From: a virus
Taxonomy: Duplodnaviria; Heunggongvirae; Uroviricota; Caudoviricetes
Direction: 5' to 3' (one strand)
DNA length: 40,498 bases
IMG/VR virus record: IMGVR_UViG_2734482533_000012
A program made the position numbers and the translations under genes. Each line of letters opens with the position of its first letter. Within the stretch, counting starts at the first letter, position 1. The notes under the pieces are model-generated. The model made no database searches and was not told the origin of the DNA. It worked only from the letters and a program-made list of their open reading frames with translations. This document shows positions 10,531 through 20,382 of the stretch, piece by piece.

Positions 10531-11295
10531 TTAATCAACGATTGTGATACCGTCTTTCAATGCGTTTTGCTTACCTGCAACATCCAGTGCATCAAAAGCA
10601 GAGCGTTTCATCGTTTTCTGACCAATATCATGCTGTGTCGGACGGGAGCCGCCGCCATTGTTGCCACTGGCTTTCAGGATGTAGTCTTTCTGAGGGTAAT
10701 TTTCGACAAGGAACTCCAGCGCCTCATCAAACTGCGCCAGTTCGCCAGGCTTCGCGCGGGAATAAATTTTGTTGCCGGAAGCGTCATAAGCAACGATCCT
10801 CCCTTCTTCCACTTTGAATGCCTGCCCGAAGCGGGCTTGTAATAAATCTGCCGGGATCGCAATTTTATCGGCAATATATTTTGAACCCGCAAAACTACCG
10901 CCAATCATAGAATCGTAAAGCTGCTTCTCCAGCATCTGAGAGCGTTGCTTTTCTTCATCTAATTGCTGCTGAAAATTTTTCGTAATTTCTGCCTTAACCT
11001 GGTCAACCTGTCCCGCATCGAGCAGCTTTTTCTGGTCGATTTTTGACAGCATTTCCAGTGCCTCGATCGCCTTCTTCGGGTCTTCGATAGCGGCAAACTT
11101 AGCCAGTTTTTCCTCTGCAGCTTCTTTAGCCAGGCGATGATTTTTTGCCTCGCCATTAAGCTCTGTAATTTTTTTTGTCGCCAGCGGTGCATCGAAGCCA
11201 ATTTCTTTACCATCGTCGTGCACATAAACTGGCAGGCCAGCAGTATCAATTTCTGCGTATTGTTTTCCGTTAATCTCGACCGTTTTCAGTTTCAT
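10531..11295 (-). CDS. Scaffolding protein
   Basis: Start taken at the internal Met (MKLKTVEINGK...); charged, Ala/Lys/Glu/Gln-rich helical sequence between the Mu-F-like gene and the capsid gene. Confidence 0.5.
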   Translation of the reverse strand: MKLKTVEINGKQYAEIDTAGLPVYVHDDGKEIGFDAPLATKKITELNGEAKNHRLAKEAAEEKLAKFAAIEDPKKAIEALEMLSKIDQKKLLDAGQVDQVKAEITKNFQQQLDEEKQRSQMLEKQLYDSMIGGSFAGSKYIADKIAIPADLLQARFGQAFKVEEGRIVAYDASGNKIYSRAKPGELAQFDEALEFLVENYPQKDYILKASGNNGGGSRPTQHDIGQKTMKRSAFDALDVAGKQNALKDGITIVD

Positions 11296-11399
11296 ATTAG
11301 TACCTGGTTTAAGTCTTCCGACAGTTACGCTGCTCACCATCCGGATCGCAGCAATAAAAAAGGCCACCCGAAGGTAGCCTGTTGTAATAAATGATTTAT

Positions 11400-12515
11400 T
11401 TAAATCCCTGCTTTTCTGAATACCTGTGCATCACGCTCACGGAGCTGCTTCAGCGTCAGCCATTCGCCTTTATCGGTGTAAAATTCATCTGGCGACATAC
11501 CACCATCCCGAATCAGCTTTGCTCGGCTTTCCCCCACAATCTGTTTTTGTCTGGTGTAAGGCTGACGCAAAAACCATTCCCTGTAGGTTGTATCTCCGGC
11601 CACCACGCCATCCATGCTGGCCCGCTCAGCCGGGGAAATATCGCGAACATCAATACCCAGTTCCTTCGCTGATTTCAGAATGAACGTTTCCGTTGAGCGG
11701 CAGCAGAAATGAATTTTTCCCGGCCCCTGCAAATAAGGCACGCTGTGACCTACAGGTTTATTATTCAGCGTATATTTGAGGCGATCCCTGATTCGACATT
11801 GTGGCGTAGTACGATTATCAAGCGTTGATAACCATTGCTTACCCTTAATCAAATCATTATTCGCGCTGGCAAAACTCTCACGGGCAGTAGCAGCAAGATG
11901 TCCAACCGCTGTTTTTGCAATGCTGGCCGCATTAGCCCGGCTCATCTGCAATGCACCATCCTGAAATCCCTTACTGACATGTCCCCGAATTTTTCTTGCG
12001 ATCTGCTCATTGGTATCCCCCAGCAAAAAACCCTGACGCACTGTATTTGTTATGCGTCTGAGCCGATCCGCCTCAAGATCTGAGGCCCACTCACTGAGCA
12101 GTCGTCCCTGGAATGGTCGCGCCATTGCAGCGGCATAAAGTGCATCAGGAGAGATACCAACCAGAGGGTGAACATCAGCAACAAAATCAGGTAGCATAGA
12201 ATCAAACAGACTTAACTGATAACCAGCCTCATAAATTGCCAGCTCGTTCAGCTCTCCGGAGAGACTGGTAAACATGCTGTTAATAGCAGTGCGGTTAACC
12301 TCTCTGACGCTCGCCAGAAGTGACTCCAGGCGCTTAACGGTAAAACTACCTGGATCGAGGCTGTCCAGTGCTATCAGCAGGCGAGCAGTAAGTTCCGCAT
12401 CGCTGTCATTCAGTATTTTCACCATTCTGGCAGCCACGCCAGTGCTATAGCGGGATATCCAGACTGCATGAGCAATTGATTCATCACGCAGCCGTTCATT
12501 CACGGTTTGCATCAT
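11400..12515 (-). CDS. Head morphogenesis protein (phage Mu F / SPP1 gp7 family)
   Basis: 371 aa containing ...LDNRTTPQCR..., characteristic of the Mu F-like family; immediately downstream of the portal gene. Confidence 0.7.
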   Translation of the reverse strand: MMQTVNERLRDESIAHAVWISRYSTGVAARMVKILNDSDAELTARLLIALDSLDPGSFTVKRLESLLASVREVNRTAINSMFTSLSGELNELAIYEAGYQLSLFDSMLPDFVADVHPLVGISPDALYAAAMARPFQGRLLSEWASDLEADRLRRITNTVRQGFLLGDTNEQIARKIRGHVSKGFQDGALQMSRANAASIAKTAVGHLAATARESFASANNDLIKGKQWLSTLDNRTTPQCRIRDRLKYTLNNKPVGHSVPYLQGPGKIHFCCRSTETFILKSAKELGIDVRDISPAERASMDGVVAGDTTYREWFLRQPYTRQKQIVGESRAKLIRDGGMSPDEFYTDKGEWLTLKQLRERDAQVFRKAGI

Positions 12516-13902
12516 TGATTTCCATCAGCATTACACTCTGATTTTTTAATTCATCGATCACTTCCTCTGGACGGGAATCCTGATCGATAAATTTCAACGC
12601 CTGCAACACCCGAACCGCATCAATCTGACGTATATCACCGCCCTGACGCAATGACTGAACAGCCAGCGCGGAGGATGAGTCAAACACCTGGGCAGATACA
12701 TCCAGTTCAGTGCGCACATCCACATTGCCACCGCAACTCTCTCCGATCCATTCCGCCATTATCTGGAGAATATTATCGAGGGCATCTTCGAGGGAGTTCG
12801 CCATTGTATAAAGCGGCGAGTTTTCCTGCATTCGCTCTTCATTAGTCTGATCAACAGATTTGGTGGATGTATTTTCAGCACGCAGAAGTTTAGCGCCGGC
12901 ATGACGCATCTGATTTTCCAGCTTCTCAAGTGATGTTTCGCCAGATTCTATCGCTGCGCCACTATGTTCAACATATTCGAGGCCATTTTTTGTTCTGTCC
13001 TCAAAAATCGTAGCGGTGGATGCACCAACCGTCAGTTCTTCATTCCTGTCCAGCCCGTAGGCCACCAGCAATGGAACGCGGGCAACATGAAGAATATTGT
13101 CCTGCTCGCTCTGGCTTTGCCAGTGCTTGATATTCAGCAAGCCAAGATTAAGCAATGGCGGTGTACCACGCATAAATCCTGTTTTCTTCGTGTACAGTGT
13201 TACCAGAGGAATATCATCACGGCTGGTATTCCATGACTCATGAAGCGTCCAGACAGATTCGCCATTAGTGCCTTCGCTACGTCGATAAATTTCAACTCGA
13301 CGGGGCATAATATGGCGGATCTGCTCCACCTTCTTCTGCCCGAAATCATCACCATCAATAATGATGACCTCTTTTATACGCAAATCAGTGAGAACAACTT
13401 TCCCTTTTTCAACTTTCGATTTCCATCCAATAACCTGGCGTGGATTCAGCATCGTAACGTACGGACGACCACCGGTCGCGTTTTCATCGGCTTTTGTCCG
13501 AATCTCTTTCATATCCGTTCGTGGATAGTCCACCAGCGCATGTGCCACACCATACTGAAATGCGAGGCTGAAAAATTGCTGCGCCCACACATCCAGTCGG
13601 CTCCCCTCCATGTCGATATTTTCTGCATATTCCCTGATTTTTGCCGGCGTTTCCTCACTCAATACTGTCGGCTCTGCAAATATGCGCCCAATATTTTGCT
13701 TGATGCTTTCTTCATACACAGGAAGTAGCGTAGCCACAGACAGGCGTTTTTTATAAGCGTCTTCATCTTCGTTAGGCCATTTTGGGAGATAATTTTCCCC
13801 CTGCCTGCGCATTTCAAGCGTACCGCCCATCAGTGCGTCGTTAATATCCCACGCCTCCAGCATATCGTTATAGTCGAGGTTGGGTGTTGATATATCAGCC
13901 AT
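12496..13902 (-). CDS. Portal protein
   Basis: 468-aa ORF between the large terminase and the Mu-F-like gene, the canonical portal position. Confidence 0.7.
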   Translation of the reverse strand: MADISTPNLDYNDMLEAWDINDALMGGTLEMRRQGENYLPKWPNEDEDAYKKRLSVATLLPVYEESIKQNIGRIFAEPTVLSEETPAKIREYAENIDMEGSRLDVWAQQFFSLAFQYGVAHALVDYPRTDMKEIRTKADENATGGRPYVTMLNPRQVIGWKSKVEKGKVVLTDLRIKEVIIIDGDDFGQKKVEQIRHIMPRRVEIYRRSEGTNGESVWTLHESWNTSRDDIPLVTLYTKKTGFMRGTPPLLNLGLLNIKHWQSQSEQDNILHVARVPLLVAYGLDRNEELTVGASTATIFEDRTKNGLEYVEHSGAAIESGETSLEKLENQMRHAGAKLLRAENTSTKSVDQTNEERMQENSPLYTMANSLEDALDNILQIMAEWIGESCGGNVDVRTELDVSAQVFDSSSALAVQSLRQGGDIRQIDAVRVLQALKFIDQDSRPEEVIDELKNQSVMLMEINDANRE

Positions 13903-13904
13903 AA

Positions 13905-15215
13905 TTAAATCCGAAGTGATGTGACTCTTCCGGTCGGTTTGACAATAGGGAATTGCTTAACGATGAAATAACCTCCGGCATCATTCGGGTGATCATTGCC
14001 AGATTTTTTATCAGGCTCCCCCTTCTCATCCCAGACCTGTTGCTCCAGAGATTCGGCATATAACGGGCAACGCTTCACATTAACTTTATAGCGACGCTCA
14101 CCATTGGCATTGCAGAACATTGCATTCATTGAGTTAACGCGATCTTTTACTGGCGGGTTCGAGCTGTTCACCACAACGTTAAAACCAGCCTGCTTAAGCT
14201 GGGCTATATCCGTCGTACTTGCGTTACTTGATTTTCTGGAATCCCCGGAAGCATCTGGATAAATATAAATTTCCCTCACTTTCCGGTAATCATTCCCATC
14301 ATACAGCCAGAAGCGTTCTTTAATGATGCGGATCATATCCGGCGTATCGTAGGCATTGATGATTTCAGTTACCGCACATGGAAGCCCCAAACGCAGCACA
14401 TGGACGATTCCCGCCATCTTTCCAACGTTAAAATCCATCCCAATATAAATCGGCTCCCCTGGCTGCTCCACTTCTTCGCAATTATTCAGTTTCCGGTCAA
14501 ACTGATGGTAAACAGTACCACTTGTCAGGTTAGTAAACTGTCCTCGAAGATAGGCTTTAATCAGCTCTGGAGGGTATGATTCAAGAAGCGAAGGAATGTA
14601 ATCTGCTGGCAGGTTCTTTTCATTATCGAAAGTAGATGCCTGCACCAGACCATACAGTGAGGCCAGCTCTGTTTTTTCACGCACGGCTTTAACAAACTGC
14701 TCGTAGACAAATTTGAATCCTTCCGGCGTGGTTGTAACGTCAATACCGTTGCGAAGTCCATCAATCTTATAACGCATACGTGCAATTATCTTGCGCCACG
14801 CCGTTCTGGCTTTTTCCTTCGGCAAAATGTCCAGTTCATCCACCAACGCATTACCAATTTTGAAACCGACGATCGTTTGTGGCTTCTCCATCGATCTGCA
14901 GATAGTGGTTCCCCGATACTGGCGTCCGTAATAAAAGTGAACCTCTTTATTTCCCTCATTAATTTTTACGTTCAATCCCCAGTCAGCAGCAACTTCTTCC
15001 ACTGTAGGGTAAAAAATATCGCGAATTTGGGGATACGTTGGCGCAAAATATCCCTGATTTATACCTGGATGCTCCCAAATCCCCTTGCATATGCCGCCAC
15101 ACCCAACCCATGTTTTGCCCGAGCCAAAACCAGCAATATAGGCTTTAAATTTATGGGGCATTGAAAGAAATCGCGCCTGAGGCACATTAAGCGTCGGAGA
15201 GATCATCTTCATCAC
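13905..15215 (-). CDS. Terminase large subunit
   Basis: 436 aa with a Walker A-like motif (YIAGFGSGKT) and a C-terminal acidic nuclease region; overlaps the end of the small subunit gene. Confidence 0.85.
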   Translation of the reverse strand: MMKMISPTLNVPQARFLSMPHKFKAYIAGFGSGKTWVGCGGICKGIWEHPGINQGYFAPTYPQIRDIFYPTVEEVAADWGLNVKINEGNKEVHFYYGRQYRGTTICRSMEKPQTIVGFKIGNALVDELDILPKEKARTAWRKIIARMRYKIDGLRNGIDVTTTPEGFKFVYEQFVKAVREKTELASLYGLVQASTFDNEKNLPADYIPSLLESYPPELIKAYLRGQFTNLTSGTVYHQFDRKLNNCEEVEQPGEPIYIGMDFNVGKMAGIVHVLRLGLPCAVTEIINAYDTPDMIRIIKERFWLYDGNDYRKVREIYIYPDASGDSRKSSNASTTDIAQLKQAGFNVVVNSSNPPVKDRVNSMNAMFCNANGERRYKVNVKRCPLYAESLEQQVWDEKGEPDKKSGNDHPNDAGGYFIVKQFPIVKPTGRVTSLRI

Positions 15216-16281
15216 TCCTTACTCTGGCATCAACCACATTAATATTGATCGCCACAGGCTGGGGATGTTCATTATCTTCCACCGTTTCGATCTCTTTGCG
15301 CAGCTTCTGGTTTTCCATTCTGCGCCGTTCAATTTCCAGTTCCCGTAGCCGCTTATCTGCACATAAAGCCCCGCCAGCAGAAAACAAACGCAACAATTCA
15401 CGCCGGGCGGCAGCCTTATCCTCCAGCAGGATCTCAACGCCGAATTTTCCGAATTTTGCCCCTGCATATAATTGCCGCGCATCCCCATCAAGCAGAGTGG
15501 TATCAGCCATATAAAGCTGTCCCGTTCCCTCACCGCAGCACTTCGGGCAGTCCGGATTGGGTATGGCGTTATCAACAAAGCCGAGGCCTCCATATTCCGG
15601 TTCGGGTTTGCCATCTCTGGAAGCCTGCGCCGCTGCCTTGTCGAATTCTGCTATATCGCGCCACTGGTAGAGATGATTCTCGCCCCAGCAATAACGGCAG
15701 TTAACACGGCGAAATTGTGCAAGCTGATTGGGGTCGGCCAGGACAATAGCCATCAACTGACTCACTAGTAAATCCAGGTCTGCGGTATAGCGTTTCTGGT
15801 ACTGATTGCGGAAGTAGCTGATAGCGCGAAAAACCCTGGCATTTCTAAGCATACGACTGGCGTTGCTGTTAGCTGTCGCACCTTGCCCCTCATAACCGGC
15901 TAGTCGGTACGCCTCTGTCGGCTTTTTACCCTGAGCAACAAGCATCGCAAACTTAGCCTGCTGGTCAGAAATGCCGAATTCATCGGGACAGAACGAAAAT
16001 TCCTCCGCGTCGCCCTCATTCAGGCCCGCATCGAATACTGGCTTTTTTTCCTGAGATTTTTCGTTCCGCTTTTGTGCAGTCTGCGCAGATTTTTTCTGCG
16101 CACTTTTTTGCGCAGTTTTGCACATTTCTGTCTGCGCATTTTTCGGAGTTTTTTTGATGTAACGACGGGCTGTTGCGTAATTCAGTCCCCTTGCTTCACA
16201 CCATGCCACCGGAGATATACCGGAGCGGGTGTATTCAGCAATATACTCCTGCTGCAACGCCCCCCAGTCCGGTCTGCTCAT
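15187..16281 (-). CDS. Terminase small subunit (DNA-recognition subunit)
   Basis: 364 aa; an N-terminal HTH and an internal AYRLAGYEGQGATANSNASRMLRNARV segment resemble small-terminase DNA-binding motifs; directly upstream of the large subunit. Confidence 0.6.
   Translation of the reverse strand: MSRPDWGALQQEYIAEYTRSGISPVAWCEARGLNYATARRYIKKTPKNAQTEMCKTAQKSAQKKSAQTAQKRNEKSQEKKPVFDAGLNEGDAEEFSFCPDEFGISDQQAKFAMLVAQGKKPTEAYRLAGYEGQGATANSNASRMLRNARVFRAISYFRNQYQKRYTADLDLLVSQLMAIVLADPNQLAQFRRVNCRYCWGENHLYQWRDIAEFDKAAAQASRDGKPEPEYGGLGFVDNAIPNPDCPKCCGEGTGQLYMADTTLLDGDARQLYAGAKFGKFGVEILLEDKAAARRELLRLFSAGGALCADKRLRELEIERRRMENQKLRKEIETVEDNEHPQPVAININVVDARVRSDEDDLSDA
16070..16145. repeat. Array of about 5 CTGCGCA(N)TTTT repeats inside the small terminase gene (candidate pac / terminase recognition site)
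   Basis: ctgcgcagattttttctgcgcacttttttgcgcagttttgcacatttctgtctgcgcattttt; repeat period about 12-15 bp. Confidence 0.45.
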
Positions 16282-16284
16282 CAG

Positions 16285-16536
16285 TTAGTCCTGATTTTTA
16301 TCCACCCTGAGTAGTTCGCGCAGAGCAAAGGCATCCCCTTTTCTGGCAAGCTTAAACAATGCCGCTCGTAACTCGGCTTCACCTTTCGCTCTGCCCTTAC
16401 GGATGGCCGCATAAAAATCTGTCATTGCTTCCCGATTTTCTTTCAGTCGGTTCAGATCAACATCCAGAACGTCAGCGATTTGTTGTGCAGTCATCCGGCA
16501 CGCTGCCAGAGACTCGACTTTCGAATACGGAATCAT
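16285..16536 (-). CDS. Hypothetical phage protein (83 aa, helix-rich)
   Basis: ORF upstream of the small terminase gene; 5' end overlaps the preceding gene, so the true start may be the second Met. Confidence 0.4.
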   Translation of the reverse strand: MIPYSKVESLAACRMTAQQIADVLDVDLNRLKENREAMTDFYAAIRKGRAKGEAELRAALFKLARKGDAFALRELLRVDKNQD

Positions 16537-17422
16537 TTGTCACCCCCATTGATATGCAGGGTGTCTTCTTCCTGTATTTTTCGTGAAGGATTTTTACTGC
16601 AGCGTTGTTCCAGGTGACCTGATGGTGAATGCGTTTATGACTGGCACCCATAAGTGAGATTTTTACGCACGACGGCGCATACATGACGGAGTAAAAACTT
16701 TTAACGTAGGTTCCGGAATCCAGATACAGCTCGGTCATTCCGCCGCTGTTTTTCTGCGTCTGTTTCTGCCCTAACTGGACAGCACCGATCGTCATAAACA
16801 ATTCACCACAGCGACCGAGATTCGTGTACGTATTCACATCCTCGTTAATGCGCCCCATGAATGAGAACGGTCGATCAACCGAACAGATAAAGCTGTTCAT
16901 TGCCTTGCGTTTCACCCACGAAGCATGGCCGCCATTGTCACCAAGAAAATCCCCGCCCTGCGACATAGCGATGGAAAGAGCAGGTATTGATTCGTAGTAC
17001 GCAAGCATTTCAGAAAGGATCTCATCCAGTTTCCTTATCGGGAAATAGGCCTGGTCATAGTTGCGATCCACCCGAAACTGGAACTCGTGATAATCATCAT
17101 CGAGCTGAATGAAGTATTTACACCCGACCAGTTTTGCCTGGTCGAAACAGGCATTACGGGCGTAAAAAATTGAGCGGCGGTCACTAAAATTATCGGCTTC
17201 GTCAAAACGACTAGCAATATCGGCTTTGGAAAATACCAGCACCTGTTCACCAAATTCAGCCATGTACTGATGCCGTGTCTTATCTTCATCATCAACAACG
17301 ATAAAAATTTTCCCGGTATAGCCAGCACGACGCAACGTCCGGTAAGTCAGAACTTTGTCCGGTCGCCCGTGAGTCAGAATAAAGGCGCAAAAATCATCAC
17401 GCATATTCCTCCTCCCCGCCAT
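16472..17422 (-). CDS. ydaY: GT-A glycosyltransferase-like protein (full-length counterpart of K-12 ydaY)
   Basis: 316 aa; motifs FILTHGRPD...IFIVVDDED...FIQLDDDYHEF resemble the Rossmann-like core and DxD motif of GT-A nucleotide-sugar transferases; 26-bp overlap with the ParB-like gene. Confidence 0.5.
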   Translation of the reverse strand: MAGRRNMRDDFCAFILTHGRPDKVLTYRTLRRAGYTGKIFIVVDDEDKTRHQYMAEFGEQVLVFSKADIASRFDEADNFSDRRSIFYARNACFDQAKLVGCKYFIQLDDDYHEFQFRVDRNYDQAYFPIRKLDEILSEMLAYYESIPALSIAMSQGGDFLGDNGGHASWVKRKAMNSFICSVDRPFSFMGRINEDVNTYTNLGRCGELFMTIGAVQLGQKQTQKNSGGMTELYLDSGTYVKSFYSVMYAPSCVKISLMGASHKRIHHQVTWNNAAVKILHEKYRKKTPCISMGVTNDSVFESRVSGSVPDDCTTNR

Positions 17423-18185
17423 GCATGATCTCCACCATGCGCTGCGTCATTCGGACAAATCCATTTTCAATAGCCTGCTGATAATCAATGATCACCAGCG
17501 CCGACTCCTCGAAAAGGCACTGAATTTCAGCGGGGGCATGAGCGTAATAGTCCGCAATTCTGCTGAAATTAAACACCGTGTGACGTTCTGCTGCACACAG
17601 GAGGAATTTCTCAATATCAGGATCAAGGGACGCCGAACGTATCCGGCTGATCAGCTCCTGAGTTTTCGTATCGTCGTACAGTTCACTGATATCCGGTTTA
17701 CCGCCTGACGGCTCATAAACAGGCGTATCAATTTTCGTCGTATACGGCTCCTCCTCATTTCCTGTACCGGGCAAAACATCCGTCAACAGTTCATCAATTT
17801 CTGCCGGGATGAAGCCTGTCAGGGAGACATCAAAATCAGCATTGATTAGGTCCGACAGCTCCATCCGCAACAGATCTTCATCCCAGCCAGCATTCATCGG
17901 CAGGCGATTATCTGCCAGGCGGTACGCCTTTTTCTGCTCATCCGTCAGGCCAGACAGAACAATGACCGGAACAGAATCCATTTTGAGCATTTCAGCCGCC
18001 ATAACACGACCGTGACCCGCAATAATTTCGCCCTTTTCGTCAATCAGCACCGGATTAGTCCAGCCGAATTGCTTAATACTTTCTACCAGTTGTGCCACCT
18101 GCTCAGTACTGTGCGTCCTGGCGTTGTGCGCATACGGTGACAATTCTTGTAATGGGCGATAGACTATCTTTAATTTCTCGCTCAT
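17397..18185 (-). CDS. ynaK: ParB-like nuclease domain protein (full-length counterpart of K-12 ynaK)
   Basis: 262 aa; N-terminal ...PVLIDEKGEIIAGHGRVMAA... resembles the ParB/sulfiredoxin-fold N-terminal domain. Confidence 0.65.
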   Translation of the reverse strand: MSEKLKIVYRPLQELSPYAHNARTHSTEQVAQLVESIKQFGWTNPVLIDEKGEIIAGHGRVMAAEMLKMDSVPVIVLSGLTDEQKKAYRLADNRLPMNAGWDEDLLRMELSDLINADFDVSLTGFIPAEIDELLTDVLPGTGNEEEPYTTKIDTPVYEPSGGKPDISELYDDTKTQELISRIRSASLDPDIEKFLLCAAERHTVFNFSRIADYYAHAPAEIQCLFEESALVIIDYQQAIENGFVRMTQRMVEIMHGGEEEYA

Positions 18186-18322
18186 ACAGCCTTGCTTTAT
18201 GAATAAAACGCACCCCAGCAGCCAGTGCTACTGGGGGCGGAGGTGTTGCTGGTAAAGTTAGGTATTGGATCAATGAGTGAGTCAACATAATATTAAACTC
18301 ACAATTATAAATCAGCCATATA

Positions 18323-19780
18323 TTAGGAGCGCCAAAAAAAACCTGAAAACAATATAATAACAGGATAAATTTCAAGGCGACCAAGAATCATAGCTATGCA
18401 CATTAAATATTTTGCAATGTCATTAAGCACTCCGAATGACGATGCAGTAGCCCCAAAACCTAATCCCATATTATTAATACATGCAGCCACTGTTGCAAAT
18501 GATGTAAGAAAATCATATCCCATACCATTTAACACCAGTATAAAAAACACCGTGAAGAGAGTATAAAGAAAAAAGAAACTCCATACAGACCTCATTACAC
18601 GATCTGTAACTATCTTCCCTCCTACATTTACACTCAACAACGCTCTGGGATGAGAAAGCTGATTTATCTCGTGTTTGCTTTGTTTGAAAAGTATAAGAAA
18701 TCGAAGTGACTTAATTCCACCACAGGTTGAACCTATACATCCCCCAAAGAAACTTGACAACAGCAAAAACACTATCGTGTGCGTGGGCCAGTTTGCATAA
18801 TCCTGCGTAGCTAAACCATTATCAGTGAGCATGGAGCTGGCAAGAAAAAACGAATGAATAAAACTTCCATGCAAGTCATACATACCTATATGCCAGACCT
18901 GGAAAGAGGTAACAATGATCACCCCTAAGGCTATTAACAGAAAGAAACGAAGTTCAATATCTCTGATTAAAGGTTTTATCGTTTTTCTGCTAATAACAAT
19001 ATACCAAAGAGTGAAGTTGAAAGCCGATAGCAGGGAAAAAGAACCAGCCACCAGCTCAACCAAATAGTTATTAAAATATCCGATACTCTCGCTATGAGTT
19101 GAGAAACCACCAAGCGAAACTGTGGAAATCCCGTGACAAATAGCATCAAACAAAGGCATTCCTGCAAGTCTATAACAGACAATACAAGCAATACCTAATA
19201 AAGAATAAGTTATCCACAGTGTCCGTGACGTATCGGCCAGGCGGGGAGTGAGTTTGTCATCCTTAAATGGCCCCGGCATTTCTGACTGATAAAGCTTTGC
19301 ACCACCAATACCCAATAATGGCAATACTGCAACCGCCAGAACAATAACTCCTAAACCACCTATAAAATTTAACTGTGACCGATAGTACAAATATGCCCGA
19401 GGTAATGAACTAACATCATCAATTACAGTTGCTCCTGTTGTTGTTATTCCAGAAACCCCTTCAAACAGAGCATCAATGAACGTTAAATTAAGTTCTGAGT
19501 CAATCCATAAAGGGAATGCACTAATAACAGAAAACAAAATCCAAAACATTACAATTATAATAAACCCATCACGGGTACGTAATTGAATGCCAGATTTCTT
19601 AGTTGTATACCACGCTCCGCCACCAATGCAAAAAAATATAACGAAAGTTATAAAGAAAACGAACAGGCTTTTTTCTTTATAAAACAATGCTACAACCATT
19701 GGTGGCAACATTGAAAGACTATAGAGCCAAACCAGGAACCCACACATATGAGTAACAACTCTTACATGAGATGTATTCAT
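18323..19780 (-). CDS. trkG: Trk system potassium uptake protein TrkG
   Basis: 485 aa from MNTSHVRVVTHMCGFLVWLY...; matches E. coli TrkG (a Rac prophage gene) from memory. Multi-pass membrane protein in markedly AT-rich DNA. Confidence 0.9.
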   Translation of the reverse strand: MNTSHVRVVTHMCGFLVWLYSLSMLPPMVVALFYKEKSLFVFFITFVIFFCIGGGAWYTTKKSGIQLRTRDGFIIIVMFWILFSVISAFPLWIDSELNLTFIDALFEGVSGITTTGATVIDDVSSLPRAYLYYRSQLNFIGGLGVIVLAVAVLPLLGIGGAKLYQSEMPGPFKDDKLTPRLADTSRTLWITYSLLGIACIVCYRLAGMPLFDAICHGISTVSLGGFSTHSESIGYFNNYLVELVAGSFSLLSAFNFTLWYIVISRKTIKPLIRDIELRFFLLIALGVIIVTSFQVWHIGMYDLHGSFIHSFFLASSMLTDNGLATQDYANWPTHTIVFLLLSSFFGGCIGSTCGGIKSLRFLILFKQSKHEINQLSHPRALLSVNVGGKIVTDRVMRSVWSFFFLYTLFTVFFILVLNGMGYDFLTSFATVAACINNMGLGFGATASSFGVLNDIAKYLMCIAMILGRLEIYPVIILFSGFFWRS

Positions 19781-19917
19781 ATCTAAATATTCTTTCAATT
19801 ATAACCACCTTGCTGCAATATTATGATTATACTGTATAAAATTTAACTCCTCTTAGATCTTACTTCACTGTTCCTTATGAAACAATCATCAAAATGAATC
19901 ATATTGTAGTTAAGATT

Positions 19918-20382
19918 TTACTTTAAACACTGCTCGGTTATGTATTGCTGAGCACCTTCAAGTTGGGCCTGCATCATTACCAGTCGTTCCCGGAGGGTGA
20001 AATAATCCCGTTCAGCGGTGTCTGCCAGTCGGGGGGAGGCTGCATTATCCACGCCGGAGGCGGTGGTGGCTTCACGCACTGACTGACAGACTGCTTTGAT
20101 GTGCAACCGACGACGACCAGCGGCAACATCATCACGCAGAGCATCATTTTCAGCTTTCGCATCAGCTAACTCCTTCGTGTATTTTGCATCGAGCGCAGCA
20201 ACATCACGCTGACGCATCTGCATGTCAGTAATTGCCGCGTTCGCCAGCTTCAGTTCTCTGGCATTTTTGTCGCGCTGGGCTTTGTAGGTAATGGCGTTAT
20301 CACGGTAATGATTAACAGCCCATGACAGGCAGACGATGATGCAGATAACCAGAGCGGAGATAATCGCGGTTACTCTGTTCAT
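19918..20382 (-). CDS. Spanin, inner membrane subunit (Rz)
   Basis: N-terminal TM segment then coiled coil; ATG overlaps the endolysin stop (ATGA); contains Rz1 in the +1 frame. Confidence 0.8.
   Translation of the reverse strand: MNRVTAIISALVICIIVCLSWAVNHYRDNAITYKAQRDKNARELKLANAAITDMQMRQRDVAALDAKYTKELADAKAENDALRDDVAAGRRRLHIKAVCQSVREATTASGVDNAASPRLADTAERDYFTLRERLVMMQAQLEGAQQYITEQCLK
19977..20162 (-). CDS. Spanin, outer membrane lipoprotein subunit (Rz1), embedded in Rz
   Basis: 61 aa, [20 protein letters not shown] (lipobox) followed by a Pro-rich segment [15 protein letters not shown]; same strand as Rz, different frame. Confidence 0.8.
   Translation of the reverse strand: MRKLKMMLCVMMLPLVVVGCTSKQSVSQCVKPPPPPAWIMQPPPDWQTPLNGIISPSGNDW

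Noticed and set aside
18103-18384. 93-aa minus-strand ORF spanning the trkG 3' end and the intergenic region
   Set aside because: Overlaps the trkG C-terminal coding sequence in another frame, has low-complexity AT-rich-derived composition and no ribosome-binding site.
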